DNA of 64,000 bases from Malacoraja senta (lineage: Eukaryota), in assembly GCA_038087875.1 (NCBI GenBank), contig CM075980.1, positions 10,168,001-10,232,000 of the forward strand, read 5' to 3'. Every line of letters starts with the position of its first letter. Position 1 is the first letter of the stretch. The notes beneath the pieces were generated by a model that saw nothing but the letters and a program-made list of their open reading frames with translations, was not told the origin of the DNA and did no database searches. The position numbers and the translations under genes are program-made. Positions 36,108 through 49,835 of this stretch are shown in pieces.

Positions 36108-37570
36108 CTTTAATAAAGGCCATTTTTATACATTTTGGTTTCACCATGTAGAAATGACAGCAGTGTTTATACATAGTCCCCCCATTTCAGGACACCATAA
36201 TGTTTGGGACACAGCAATGTCATGTAAATGAAAGTAGTCATGTTTAGTATTTTGTTGCATATCCTTTGCATGCAATGACTGCTTTAAGTCTGCGATTCAT
36301 AAGCCAAATAATTGGCTTATTTTGTTTTGGGGGCTAGTCCCCTTCAGTTTTTCTTCAGCAAATAAAAGGCATGCTCAATTGGGTTCAGATCGGGTGATTG
36401 TCTTGGCCACTCAAGAATTTACCATTTTTTAGCTTTGAAAAACTAATTTGTTGCTTTAGCAGTATGTTTGGGATCACTGCCTTGCTGTAGAATGAACTAC
36501 CGGCCAATGAGTTTTGAGGCAGTTGTTTGAACTTGAGCTGATAGGATGTGTCTACACACTTCAGAATTAATTATGCTACTACCATCAGCAGGTTGTATCA
36601 GCAATGAAGATAAGTGAGCCTGTACCTTCAGCAGCCATACATGCCCAGGCCATAACACCCCCACCACCGTGTTTCACAGGTGAGGTGCTATGCTTTGGAT
36701 TTTGGGCAGTTCCTTCTCTACTCCTTACTTTGCTCTAGCCATCACACTGATATAAGTTAATCTTCGTCTCATCAGTTCACAAGACCTTTTTCTAGAACTG
36801 TGGTTGCTCTTTTAAGTACTTCTTGCAAACAATAACCTGGCCATCCTATTTTGCAGCTAACCAGTGGTTTGCATCTTGCAGTGTAGCCTTTGTATTTCTG
36901 TTCATGAAGTCTTCTGTGGCAGTGGTCATTGACAAATCCGCACCTGACTCCTGAAGAGTGTTTTTGATCTGTCGGACATGTGTTTTTTTCTTCTTCTTTA
37001 TTTTAGAGAGAATTCTTCTGTCATCAGTTGTGGAGATCTTCGTTGGCATTGTGATTAGTAAGCTCACCAGTGCTCTCTTTCTTAATGATGATCCAAACGG
37101 TTGATTTTGGTAAGCCTAAGGTTTGGATGATGTCTCTAACAGTTTTATTCTTCTTTCTCAGTCTCATAATGGGTTCTTTGGCTTTCATTGGCACAACTTT
37201 GGTCCTCATGTAGATAAACAGCAATAACAGTTTCCAAAGGTAATGGAAAGATTGGCGTAAAGACTAGGTGCTGAGAGCTCTCCTACACCTGCATCAAGGA
37301 GGCATTTAAACACATCTGAGCAAGTACAAACACCTGTGAAGCCACGTGTCCCAAACATTATGGTGCCCTGAAATGAGGGGGACTATATATAAACACAGCT
37401 GTAATTTCTATATGGTGAAACCAAAATGTAGACAAATGGTCTTTCTTAAAATCTGACAATGTGCACTGTAACCACGTGTGACTTTTTCCTATTACAAATC
37501 TCAAATTGTGGGGTACAGCGGCAAATAAATAAATGATGGGTCTTTGTCCCAAACATTATGGAGGGCACTG
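36108..37570 (-). mobile_element. Second copy of the Tc1-like element, from the local 2.4-kb tandem duplication
   Basis: Near-identical to 33720-35215. Confidence 0.88.
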
Positions 37571-37949
37571 CACTTGCTGGAGGTCCTCACATGTTTAATA
37601 TAGACAAATCTCCAGGGCCTGATCAAATACATCCGAGGACACTGTGATAAGCCACAGAGGAAATAGCTGGAGCCGTCGCAGTTTTCTGGTAACTACAGGC
37701 GAGGTGCTGGAAGACTATAGGGAGGCAAATGTTGCGACTCTATTCAAGAAGGGCTGCAAGGAAAAGGCTAGAAGCTACATTCCAGAGATCCTAACATCTG
37801 TGGTTGGAAAGTTACTGGAGGGTATTCTGAGGGATAGGTGAGTTCAAGTTCACATTTATTGGCACAAGCACCAATTAAGTCACAGTGATATTCGGGTTAC
37901 CATACAGCCATACGTAAAAAGAGCACAATACACGTTATATATAGAGTTT

Positions 37950-38520
37950 GATATAAACAATATTCACAGTGGAATCAGCATTTCACACTGTGATGGGAGG
38001 CGATAAAGTTCAGTCAATCTTCCTCCTTTGTTCACCCGTGGTCGGGGCCTTGAACCCTCCACAGTCGCCGCTACAAGCCCTCTCGTCGGGATGATCGAAA
38101 CTCCGACGTCGGCACAGATCAGAATACATTCTGCGGCTTGGAGTTCCCAAATTGGCCGCTTCTTACCGGATTCCGCTGCTTCACGATGTTAAAGACCACG
38201 GGCCAGCGATCGGAGCACTTCTTCTGGCGATCCCCAGCAAGGGATTCCAAGCTCCGCGACGGTAAGTCCATGCCGCGCCCGCGGCTAGAAGCTCCAAACC
38301 AGTTGTTAGGCCGCGAGAGGGGCGAAGATGCGACAAGGAGAAAAGTTGCATCTCCGTTGAGGTAAGTGACTGAAAACGGTTTCCCCCTATTCCCCCCCGC
38401 CCACGACCCCCCACATAAGACATACCGAGAAACATTAAATCATACATTTAGACACACTAAAAAGAACAGCAAAATGTCGAAAGGACAGACGGGCTGCTGG
38501 CGAGGATGCCGCTGGTGATG
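37950..38520 (-). mobile_element. GC-rich non-coding interspersed repeat; counterpart at about 57780-58445
   Basis: Shared between copies A and B; parts resemble 61525-62500. Class uncertain. Confidence 0.45.
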
Positions 38521-39186
38521 TATACATTCATTTGAATGGTCATTGGCTGATTTGGGATAGTCAACATGGAAGGTCGGGGGAGGTCATGTCTCACGAACCT
38601 GATTGAGATTTTGTAGATGTCACTAAAAAGGTCCATGAAGGCAGATCTGTAGAATTTTATACATGAATTTTAGTAAGGCATTTGACAAGTTTCCACACGG
38701 AAAGCTGCTCTGGAACATTAGATCCCGTGGGTTTCAAGGAGAGGTAACTGAATTGATAGAAAATTGGCTTTATCGTAGGAAGCAGAGGGTGATGTTGGGA
38801 GATTCGTTTTCCGACTGGAGGCCTCTGACAAGTGGTGTGCCTCAGGGTTCGGCGCTGGGCCGAATGCTGTTTGTAATCTCTGACAATGATTTGGATGAGA
38901 AGGTACATGGCAAATTCAGCAAGTTTGCAGGTGACTCAAAAGAGGGTGGTATTGTAGATTGTAAAGATGGTTATCAAAAATTGCAGCAGATTGTTGATCT
39001 TGATGGGTTGTCTACTTTGGCCTTCATCAGTCAGAGTATAGAGGTTTGGATGTCATGTTCCAGTTGCATAAGTGCTGCAGTTGGAGTATTATTTTCAATT
39101 TTTGGCACCTTGTTACAATAACAATTTTGTCAAGCTGGAAAGGGTGCAGAGAAGATTTATGAAGATGTTGCTGGGACAATTCCTTA

Positions 39187-39390
39187 AGGGCCTGTCCCAC
39201 TTGTGCGTTATTTGCGCGTCATTTACGCGACATCATTTACGCGTAATGTGCGCATGGCGTGCATTACGCGCGCATGGCGCGTGGTGAGACGTGGTGGCGT
39301 AGCCAGTGAAGCGCGGTAGCGCGCGGCGCCCCAGGATTTGTGGATTCTCAAAATCCTCGTGCGCCACCTGCGTGACGCGCAAATGACGCC
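39187..39390. mobile_element. CpG-rich MITE related to the 8680 element, right end truncated, specific to copy A
   Basis: taa|gggcctgtcccacttg ... caagtgagac; absent from B at about 59140-59170. Confidence 0.65.
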
Positions 39391-40293
39391 CAAGTGAGAC
39401 CGAGCAGGAGGCATTACTCCGGTTCACCCTCCTATTGGTCTTTGCCCTTCGCTTCCGACGTCTCCTGTTCCCTCCCGGTTACGCCGTCTGCCGAGCCTTC
39501 GGGCGGTTTCTCAATGCCCGTCGTTCACGAGCATTCGGGCGAGGTCCCGCCGACCGCGATGTTTCGGGCGGACGCCGTCGAGCCTCTGGGTCGGTCGGGT
39601 TTACCGGTCGGGTCATCCGGGGTCGGTCCACGGCCGGCGAGACGGGCCTGTTAGCCGCTGTTTGCCGGGAGCGTTCCGGCCTGCTACAAACAAGACGGCC
39701 ACAGTGTTCCGATACAGAATTAAGAATATGTAAATTAGTACAAGATAAAGTGCTCTGGGATCCGAGTAAAAACAATTCACAGGTCGCAAATGAGGTAGAT
39801 GGAACATCAGAACGGCACTCCCGCTGGCAAGGAAGGTGCAATTGCCTGATGACTGCTGGGAAGAAATTATTCCGGAATCTGGAGGTATGCGTTTTCAAAC
39901 TTCTGTACCTCTTCCGCCTTGGGAGCGAGGAGAAGAGAAAGTGATCGAGGTGAGACTGGCCTTGTGTTATGCTGATCGGCTGGCAATGCATTGTGAAGTC
40001 CGTGGAAGGGAGATTGATTTCCACAATTTTCTGGGCTACGTCCAAAATTCTGCAATTTTTAGCGGTTTTGGATGAAGCTGTTCCCAAACCATGCATCCCG
40101 ATAAAATGCTTTCTACGGCGCACGTGTAATAGTTGGTGAGGGCTGTTAGGTACATACTGAACATACTAAACCTTCTAAGGACCTTAGAGAAACTGGTGTG
40201 CTTTCTTCGCCAATGCTTCGATGTGGCTGGTCCAGGACAACTTGCTGGTGATATTGATTTCTAAAAACGCGAAGGTTTCGACCATCTTTTACT

Positions 40294-42078
40294 TGAAAGC
40301 TTTTACCTAAGTAACAACACACGCAGTATGTGGCAGGGAATCCAAGCAGTCACAAACTACAAGAAAACAGTACCAACCACAGACCCCCAGGATGTCACCC
40401 TCCCAGACAGCCTTAATACCTTCTACACCAGGTTTGACAGACTGAACACAGACACCCCCTCAAAAGCCCCCTGCAACCCCACGGACACTGTTTTTCAGGT
40501 GACACCCATACAGGTCCTGAAAGCTCTGAGGCAGGTGAACCCCCACAAGGTTGTGGGACCAGATGGCGTCCCTCCTAAAGTTCTGAAGGCCTGTGCAGAA
40601 CAACTCACTGGAGTGTTTGTAAACATCTTCATTCTGTCTTTAAACCAAGCAGTGGTCCCCCATATTTTTAAATTTTCCACCATCGTAACAGTTCCAAAAA
40701 AAACAAATCCATCCACCCTGAATGACTTCAGGCCAGTGGCACTCACGCCAGTTGCCATGAAGTGTTTAGAAAAAGTGGTTCTCACACATATCAATCACAT
40801 GGTCCAGGGCACGATCGACCCCCTCCAGTTCGCCTACCGCCCCAACCGCTCAGTGGACGACGCAGTGTATTGCTCTACACCACATCCTGCAACACCTGGA
40901 CAGCAGAGGAACATACGTCAGAACGCTGTTCCTGGATTACAGTTCGGCTTTTAATACCATTCACCCGGGCAGGCTGATTGAGAAGCTGACAGACCTCGGC
41001 GTCCCGACTCCCACCTGCAACTGGATCTTGGATTTCCTGACTGAAAGACCACAGGTGGTGAGGATGGGAAGGAGGGTGTCTGCAGAGCTCACTGTCAGCA
41101 CAGGATCACCACAAGTCTGCTGTCTCAGTCCCAAACTTTTCACCCTGTACACACACGACTGTGTCTCCACCCAGGAAAATACCATAATTATTAAGTATGC
41201 GGATGACACCACCATCCTGGGCCTCATCAAGGGGGGGGGGGGGGGACGTCGGGCTACAGGAATCTGGTGAATGACATTCTTGCCTATGGTGAGGTGAACG
41301 ACCTAAGCCTCAACACAGACAAGACAAGAGAAATAATAATGGACTTCAGAAAAAATCCACCCCCTTGCAGCCCCTCATCATCAAGGGGACTGTGGTGGAG
41401 AGGGCTGACAGTTACAGATACCTGGGATTACAAGTAACATCAGATCTGAACTGGACTTTGAACACTGCCGCAACAGTGAAAAAAGCCCAGCAGAGACTGT
41501 ACTTCATCAGGCTGCTCAGAAAAGCTGGTCTGCACTGTCGCCCCCTCACCCAGGTCTACAAAGGACTGATAGAGAGCATCCTCACCACAGGCATTACGGT
41601 GTGGTATGGAAACACCACACAGACAGAGAGGAAGGCTCTGCAAAGAGTCATGAAGACTGCAGAGAGGATTATCAGAACGGAACTTCCCTCCATGGAAACA
41701 ATCTACACACAGCGCTGTGAAAAAAGAGCAGAGAGAATCATCAGAGACACACTACATCCAGCTCACTCCCTGCTCAAACACAAAAACTGCACATACAACC
41801 TCAGGCACAGACGAGCGGACAGCATCGCCACAAACAGAACACGCTTTTTCAAGTGCTTCTTCCCTGCCACAGTGAGACTCTTGGCCAAAACAAAATGAAC
41901 TGATGTCCTGACCCACCTCATAACATATCATAGTATATGTGTTTATAGTTTATAGATTATGTGTTTTTCTGTGTGTCTTTTTAACTTGACTTGACTTGAC
42001 TCTCTGAACAACCGCACAAGAATTCCTATGTGTGTAAGCACAAATGGCAAATAAAGTTTTTGATTTGATTTTGATTTG
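40294..42078 (+). mobile_element. Rex1/Babar-clade LINE RT fragment, specific to copy A
   Basis: [43 protein letters not shown]; (TTGAT)n tail; TSD atctttactt/atctctactt; empty site at about 61405-61420. Confidence 0.88.
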
Positions 42079-45000
42079 ATCTCTACTTCGGCCCCATCAG
42101 TGTGAGATTGGGTGTGTGTGCTGCTTCGTTTCCCGACCCTCAAGTAAGTCAACCAGACCCTCCTTTGTCATGATGACATTGAGGGAGAGGTTGTTATCTT
42201 GGCACCAGGTTACGAGGTTCTCAATCTCCTCCATGTACTCCGTCTCGATCTCCATCTCGGCTGGATAAAACGTCAATGTAGAGTTTGCCATATTTCTACT
42301 CTACCTCTGGTGGTACTCAGGCGAGGAATATACTTTACTCATTCTGGTTTTAGAATAGGTGCTCTAATTCTGTTCTTTTTTTTTTATCGTTCTTTAACTT
42401 CCGTCATAGCGACTTAACGTAGTCAGTAACATACTTGCTGTTCCACTTCCCTTTTTCAGTGGTTGCAATCCAAAGATACTTATAACGAAGCGACGCTGTT
42501 ATATTTTATCAAGGGGGGGGGGGGTGATTCAAAATGCCCGTGAGACATTTATTCTGTCCTCACAATATCATTGCACAATACAGCTCAGAGTAGAGTGCTT
42601 GCTTCAGCAGTTTGGTCTTGGATCTGTACGCCAAGGACATGGACACCAAATCACCATCCCTGCCATCCCTTACTCACACACAGCTACCAACAATGTTGAG
42701 TAACTGATCACAACGTGGATACTTTAAGTGTTGGCCTGTGAACCAATGCTTGCAAACCTTCACTTCTGGTGGCAATAGGTTTGGGCGGTCTCATGTACAA
42801 CGCATTGGCAACCTTGTGCGTTGGTTCGCCAGGTTACCTTAATGAGCGACATGTTCAAGAATCTGTGGTATTGTTCAGTAGGGGCAGTTATATGAAGCGC
42901 GATTGCTCGCTGCCATGTAACGTCCCCTCATGGAGGGTAGCTACAATGTTCGGAAGAAATGCTGACGAATATATGGAGCCTTGATTCTCCAATTACCTTT
43001 GCAATTGAATTATATATCGCCTGTGCTTTCACCTCTTCCCGTCTTCTTACCGTCTAGGGATCTTAAGACTCTTCCAGTTTTGTGTTCACAGTACACATGT
43101 CTTTACATACGAGGAAATAAACATGCATTGCTTAATGGAGCACCTGTACGCAGTCCGTAAATTGAATACGCCAAAGGACGTATCTTTGGAAAGGAGATGA
43201 GGAGGATTTTATTAGTCAGAGGGTGGTGAATCTTTGGAATCGATTGCCATACATGGCCGTGGATATTTTTACATAGAAACATAGAAAATAGGTGCAGGAG
43301 GAGGTCATTCGGCCTTTCCAGTCAGCACCGCCATTCAATATAATCATGCCTGATCATCCATAATCAGTACACCGTTCCTGCATTTCCCCCCATATCCCTT
43401 GATTCCGTTAACCCTTAGAGATATATCTAACTCTCTTGGAAACATCTAATGAATTGGCCTCCACTGCCTTCTGTGGCAGAGAATTCCACAGATTCACAAC
43501 TCTCTGGGTGAAAACGGTTTTCCTCATCTCAGTCCTAAATGGCCTACCCCTTATTCGTAATCTGTGACCCCTGGTTCTTGAACCCGCAACATCGGGAACA
43601 TTTTCTGCGTCCAGCCTGTCCAATCCCTTAAGAATTGTTTATGTTTCTATAAGATCCCCTCTCATTCGTCTAAATTTCTGTGAATAGATGCCCAGTCGTC
43701 CCATTCTTTCATCGTATGTCAGTCCCGACATCCGGGAAATTAACCCGGTGAACCTACGCTGCACTCCCTCAATAGCAAGAATGTCCTTCCTCAAATTAGG
43801 GGACCAAAACTGTACACAATACTCCAGGTGTTGTCTCATCAGGGCCCTGTAGGACCTCCTTGCTCCGATACTCAAATCCGCTCACTATGAAAGCCAACAT
43901 GCCATTTCCTTTCTTCACTGCCTGCTGTACGTACCTGCGTGCTTTCATTCAGTGACTGATGTACAAGGACATCCACTCCACGTTGCAGCTCACCTTTTCC
44001 TAATCTGACACAATTCAGATAATAATCTGCCTTCTTGTTCTTGCCACCAAAGTGGATTACCTCACATTTATCCACATTATACTGCATCTGCCATGCATTT
44101 GCCCACTCACCCAACATATCTAAGTCACCCTACAGCCCCATACCACCCCCTCGCAGCTCACACTGCCAACCAGCTTTGTGTCATCCGCAAACTTGAAGAT
44201 GTTACTTTTAATTTCCTCATCTAGATCGTTAATATATATTGTAAATAACTGGGAGTTCCAGCACTGAGCATTGCGGCACCCCACTAGTCACTGCCTGCCA
44301 TTCTGAAAAGGACCCATTAATTCCTTCTCTTTGCTTCCTGTCTGTCAACCAGTTCCCTGTCCATGTCAATACCCTACCCCCAATACCATGTGTTCTAATT
44401 TTGCACACTAATCTCTTGTGTGGGACCTTGTCAATTGCTTTTTGAAAGTCCAGATGCACCACATCAACTGGCTCTCCCTTTTCCATTCTACGTGTTACAT
44501 CCTAAAAAAATTCCAGAAGATTAGTCAAACATGATTTCCCCTTCATAAATCGATGCTGACTTTGACCGATCCCTTCACTGCTTTACAAAAGCGCTGCAAT
44601 TACATCTTTAATAATTAAATTATTTTAATGTGTAGATTGACAGATTCTTGATTGGTACGGGTGACAGGGGGTACGGAGATAAGACATGAGAATGGGGTTC
44701 AGAGGTTAAGATAGATCGGCCATGATTAAATGGTGGAGTAGCCTTGATGGGTCGAATGGCCTAATTTTGCTCATGAACCTCAGAATTTATGAACATGAAT
44801 TATGCGTCTTTGGTTCTTGTATGCCTTGGTGACAATGTTGTTGATGTTATACACAAGGGGACTGATAAATAATGCATTCTGTATACGGCACTGACTGCGG
44901 GCTTGTTGCACTTGTGGCAAAGAGAGGCAAAGGTTGCGATTATTCCATTCAAATAAAAACGTAATCCTGTAAAATGTCGCACTTCTTGAATGTTGTCGGA

Positions 45001-48000
45001 TCGGAAGTCATCACGACATGTGGCGAGGACATCATCCCAGCCATATTGCTGTTTTTAAGTAATTTCAGAGAAATCTTGAGAATTTGGTATTGAGTGGGGA
45101 ACTGGAAAGAGATGAAATGGAGATAGATTATTTTGGTTCCAACATGTCTTTATTATAGAAAGTACGAGAAAATATTCATAAAGCAGTAATTCTCATGCCC
45201 TTCTGCTCGTTAAGCCTGAACTGATATAGGCGACGATTAATAATAAGAAGTCACATGAATTTCTGACCTTCCAGATTCCTGTTTGCGATGGCTGGTCTGG
45301 AGAACTCGAAGGTCCTGGCACCTTTCGGGATCATGATCTAATCTGAAGTGTTTCTCTCGCTCATAAAGGTGAGTTCCGTGAGGTGGATCGAAACATTCAT
45401 TGATACAATCAATAAACCTGATCTCGAGACAAAAGTAAACTCTGTTTTAAAACTAGTTGTTTTTTGTACTCAAGTAACGGTGAGCTATTTATTAAATCAT
45501 GGGCCGAGCTAGTCTCGGATGTCCCTAAGAATGAAATTGAGTTATCCGAATAGAAATCTGTAAGTGCAGTGGGGTCAACACTGTTTTATTGGTACACCAT
45601 GTCCACTTTCTTGACTGTTAAACATTAAACAATCCTTCATCAATGCACTCTGCTCGATCTTTGACATGGTATTGACATGGATAGAGAATTGGTTGGGAGA
45701 CAAGAAACAAAGAGTAGGAATAAACGGGTCCTTGTCAGAATGCCAGGCAGTGGCAAGTGGAGTGCCGCAAGGCTCGGTGCTGGGGCCGCAACTATTTACA
45801 ATATATATTAATGATTTAGGTGATGGGATTAAAAGTAACACTAGCAAATTTGCAGATGACACAAAGTTGGGTGACAGTGTGAACTGTGAAGAGGATGCTA
45901 GGAGGTTGCATGGTGACTTGGACAGTTTGAGTGGGCAGATGCATAGCAGATACAATATAATGTAGATAAATGTGAGTTCATCCACTTTGGTGGCAAGAAC
46001 AAGGAGGAATATTATTATCTCAATGGTGTCAGATTAGGAAAAAGGGAAGTGCAGCAAGACCGGGGTGTCCTTGTACACCAGTCACTGAAAGAAAACATGC
46101 AGGTACAGCAGGCAGTGAAGAAAGCTAATGGCACGTTGGCCTTCATAATGAAAGGATTTGGGTGTTGGAGTAGAGAGGTCCTTCTGCAGTTGTACTGGGC
46201 CCTGATGAGACCACACCTGGAGTATTGTGTGCCGTTTTGGTCTCCTAATTTGAGGAAGGACATCCTTGCTATTGAGGCAGTGCAGCGTAGGTTCAAGAGG
46301 GTAATCCCTGGAAAGATTGGAAAGACTTGGCTTGTATTCACTAAAATTAAGAAGGATGAGAGGATATCTTATAGAAACGTATAAGATTATAAAATAAATG
46401 GTTAAGCTAGTCGCAGGAAAAATGTTCCCAATGATGGGGGAGTCCAGAACCAGGGACCACAGTCCAAGAATAAGGGGGAGGCCATTTAAAACTGAGATGA
46501 GAAAAAACTTTCACCCAGAGAGTTGTGAATTTGTGAAATACTCTGCCACAGAAGGCAGTAAAGGTTAATTCATTGGACGAATTTAAAGGAGTTAGATGGA
46601 GCTCTTGGGGCTAGCGGAATCAAGGGATAGTGGGAGAAGGCAGGCACGTGTTGCTGATTGTGGATGATCAGCCATGATCACAATGAATAGCGGTGCAGGC
46701 TCGAAGGGCCAAATGGCCTCCTCCTGCACCTATCTTCTATGTTTCTATATCACTTGGCCACATATAATTGTTCAACGTTATTCATTTGTAAGGTGATTGC
46801 ATCTCTGAGAACGCAGTATTTATTGCCCATCCAAAAGTGGGAACACAGAGACAAAAGGAACTGCGGATGCTGGGAACCATGATAAAACACAAAGTGCTGG
46901 AGTAACACGGGGTGTGCCTCAGTGTTCGGTGCTGGGCCCGTTAATGTTTCCCATCTATATCATTGATTTGAACGAGATCATACTCGGTAAGATTAGCAAA
47001 TTTGCAGATGATACAAACGTGGGAGGTTTTGCAGATAGTGGAGATGGTTGTGCAAAAGTGCAGCAGGATCTTGATCAATTGGCCATGTAGGCTGGGGAAT
47101 AGTTGATGGAATATGATGCAGAGAAATGTGAAGTGTTGCATTTTGGGAAGTCTAACATGGGCAGGAACTAGCAGTCGACGGTAGATTGGGTGATAAAAAA
47201 GGCTTTTGGCACATTGGCCTTCATCAGCCAGAATAATGAGTATAGAGGTTGGGGGGGTCTTGTTGCAGATGTATAAGACATTGATGATGCCGCATTTAGA
47301 TAATTGTGTTCAGTCTGGGCACCATCTTATAGGAAAGATTTCGACAAGCTGGAAAGGGTACAGAGAAGATTTACGAGGATGTTGCCAGGACTAGAGGGTC
47401 TGAGCCATAGGGAGAGGTTGAGTAGGCTTGGACTCTATTCGTTGGAGCGCAGGAAGATGATGGGAAATCTTATAGAGGCGTATAGGGTCATGATAAGAAT
47501 AGACCGGGTAGATGCACAGTCTCTTGCCCAGAGTAGGCAAAGATTTAATAGGAATCTGAGGGATAACGTTTTCCCACAGAGGATGGTGGGTGTATGGAAC
47601 AAGCAGTCAGAGGAAGTAGTTGAGCCAGGGACTATCCCAACGTTTAAAAACAGTTATACAGGTACATGGATAAGACAGATTTGGAGGGATATGGACCCGA
47701 TACGGGCAGGTGGGACTAGTGTAGATGGGACACGTTGGCCGATGTGGGAAAGTTGGGCCGAAGGGCCTGTTTCCACACTTTATGACTCTCTTTGACTCTA
47801 CGGGGGATCATGTAGCATCTGCGGATCGGCATTTGGGGAGGTAATAATAAACAGCCATGAGCCAGTGCAATCTTTCGCGTGTTTATTTTCTCACGGTATT
47901 GCACGTTGCAAAGTTTAGAACGTGCAATAGTGAGAGGAGGATGAGAACGGTGAGAGCAGGGACCTGTGTAAATAAACATTAGGTAACCTGGCTAGTCGTA

Positions 48001-49318
48001 GTGCCATGCCTACGTTCAGAGTGGCTTATGCGCGCAATTACAGCTCATTCTGTAGATGTTACAAATTGTAGCCACTTTAGTTTAATTTGGAGATACAGCG
48101 CGGAAACAGGCCCTTCTGCCCACTGATCAACAGTCCCCGCACATTAACATTATCCTACACACTTTAGGGACAACATATAACTTTACCAAGCCAATGAACC
48201 TACCAATCTGTCTTTGTAGTGTGGGTGGAAACCTGGGAAATCCCAGGCAGGTCATGGAGAAAACGTAGCGGTGAAAGGATGAACGGTTAAGTTAATGGTG
48301 GGCTGACCAGTCATGTGCACTGCTAAACTAATCTAGTTTAATGAAAATTTAAGGACAATTATTCATGATAATTCTTTTTCTCACCCGCTATTTCCCGAAA
48401 ACCGCTCTTCGCGTTTTTCCCTTGTCAGTTTTGCCAGATAGCTGGATTGCCCGTATTCTCTTCAACTTTAATTGAATATGGATGTGATGTGTGTAAAATT
48501 CCTGTCGTCCTGTCGTACTACAAAGTCGAAAGAACTCTGGAAGTGGACGGTGAGAGCCAATATAACCCCTTTTACTGCACTCATATACGCATTAATTTTG
48601 TACATGTAATCTTTCCACTTTGAGTCATGGCAAGTTTTGCGATTTACTGCGCATTAAAATACGAGAGTATCACAGACCGCTTTTCCAAGCGTGGCACACA
48701 TCGGGTAGTCAAACTTGCCTCCAAAACTGCAACTACACGGACATTTGTAATTATGTTCTGTACCCCCAGATCTGTCCCAAGTAGAAGGGCAGCCAGTGGG
48801 GTTTATGATTTCTAAAATTACAAATATATCTAAATATAGATATGATGTGATATTTAATAAAATAATGCTGAGGAGATGACTGTTATCGTGTTAGATTCAG
48901 CGATACGGATTCAGTTGGACCGTTTAGATAAAATATTTATATTCCGTTTTCATTGGTGATTAAACAGTTACCGAATATAATATTTGAAACTCCTAGACAA
49001 TTTATTTAGTATATATATGCGGAGGGGTCATAGAGAAAATTATAGGTTGTTTGTTTATAAAGAAGGGGCAACTGACAATCCTTTTTGTTCTGCTGTATGT
49101 ATGAGAACGCATGAAGCTTTTTAGAAATACAAATCTCCAAAATAAGACCTGCATGTTTCACAGTGGCGAATATTTTGAGGAAGAATCTGGCAATTGATTG
49201 GTTTGGATAGATAAACACACGGTGACATCTCGTCATTCCATTTATAAAGAGAGCCAGAGAGCAAGATTACACGTCACTTGTCCTGGAAACTGCCGCCCGA
49301 TCGGAGCTCAGTCGGTTA

Positions 49319-49373
49319 ATGAAAATGTCTTATTGGATCCGTGTCGTCTGTGCGTTGGTGTTTTGCGTAGTTT
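49319..49373 (+). pseudogene. IGL: Ig light chain cluster B leader exon (MKMSYWIRVVCALVFCVV), itself intact
   Basis: Paralog of 24528-24582; T|gtgagt donor. Confidence 0.85.
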
Positions 49374-49490
49374 GTGAGTAGTTTTTACATTCCTGGACAA
49401 TATACTTATTTCTGTTCACCAGTAATTGGGCGTTATCTCCCACACTTCAACAAACTTAACACATTTTTTCCTGATATTTCCCCCCCTCAG

Positions 49491-49835
49491 ACTTAAGCGT
49501 GGCAGTTACAGTAAGTCAGCCGCCTTCGATGTCCACCTCTACGGGACAGAAAATACAAATATCCTGTACCATATCGGGCTCCAGTTCAGGCGTTAAATAT
49601 GCTTCCTAGTACCAACAGATTCCTGGCAAAACACCAAAGTATCTATTCTACTATCATTCAAGTGGCAGCATTTATAAAGGCACGGACATTCCAGACCGTT
49701 TCTCCGCCTCAAAGTCAGGCAACACGGGAACATTAGAAATATCTAACGTTCAACCGGAAGATGCTGCGGACTATTACTGTGGCAAATGGGAAAATTGTTA
49801 TTTTTTTGGTAAAGGAACGAGGCTGGGTATTGGCA
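49491..49835 (+). pseudogene. IGL: Ig light chain cluster B germline-joined VJ exon with in-frame TAG (49607-49609) replacing the conserved Trp; missed by the ORF track
   Basis: ...ISCTISGSSSGVKYAS*YQQIPGK...SASKSGNTGTLEISNVQPEDAADYYC-GKWENCYF-FGKGTRLGIG; 345 bp like copy A; splice sites intact. Confidence 0.92.

Larger units (their letters stand above)
33201..37949 (+). repeat. Local tandem duplication of about 2.4 kb (33201-35588 and 35589-37943) bounded by GAGTTT
   Basis: GAGTTT at 33201, 35589 and 37944; single copy in B. Confidence 0.9.
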
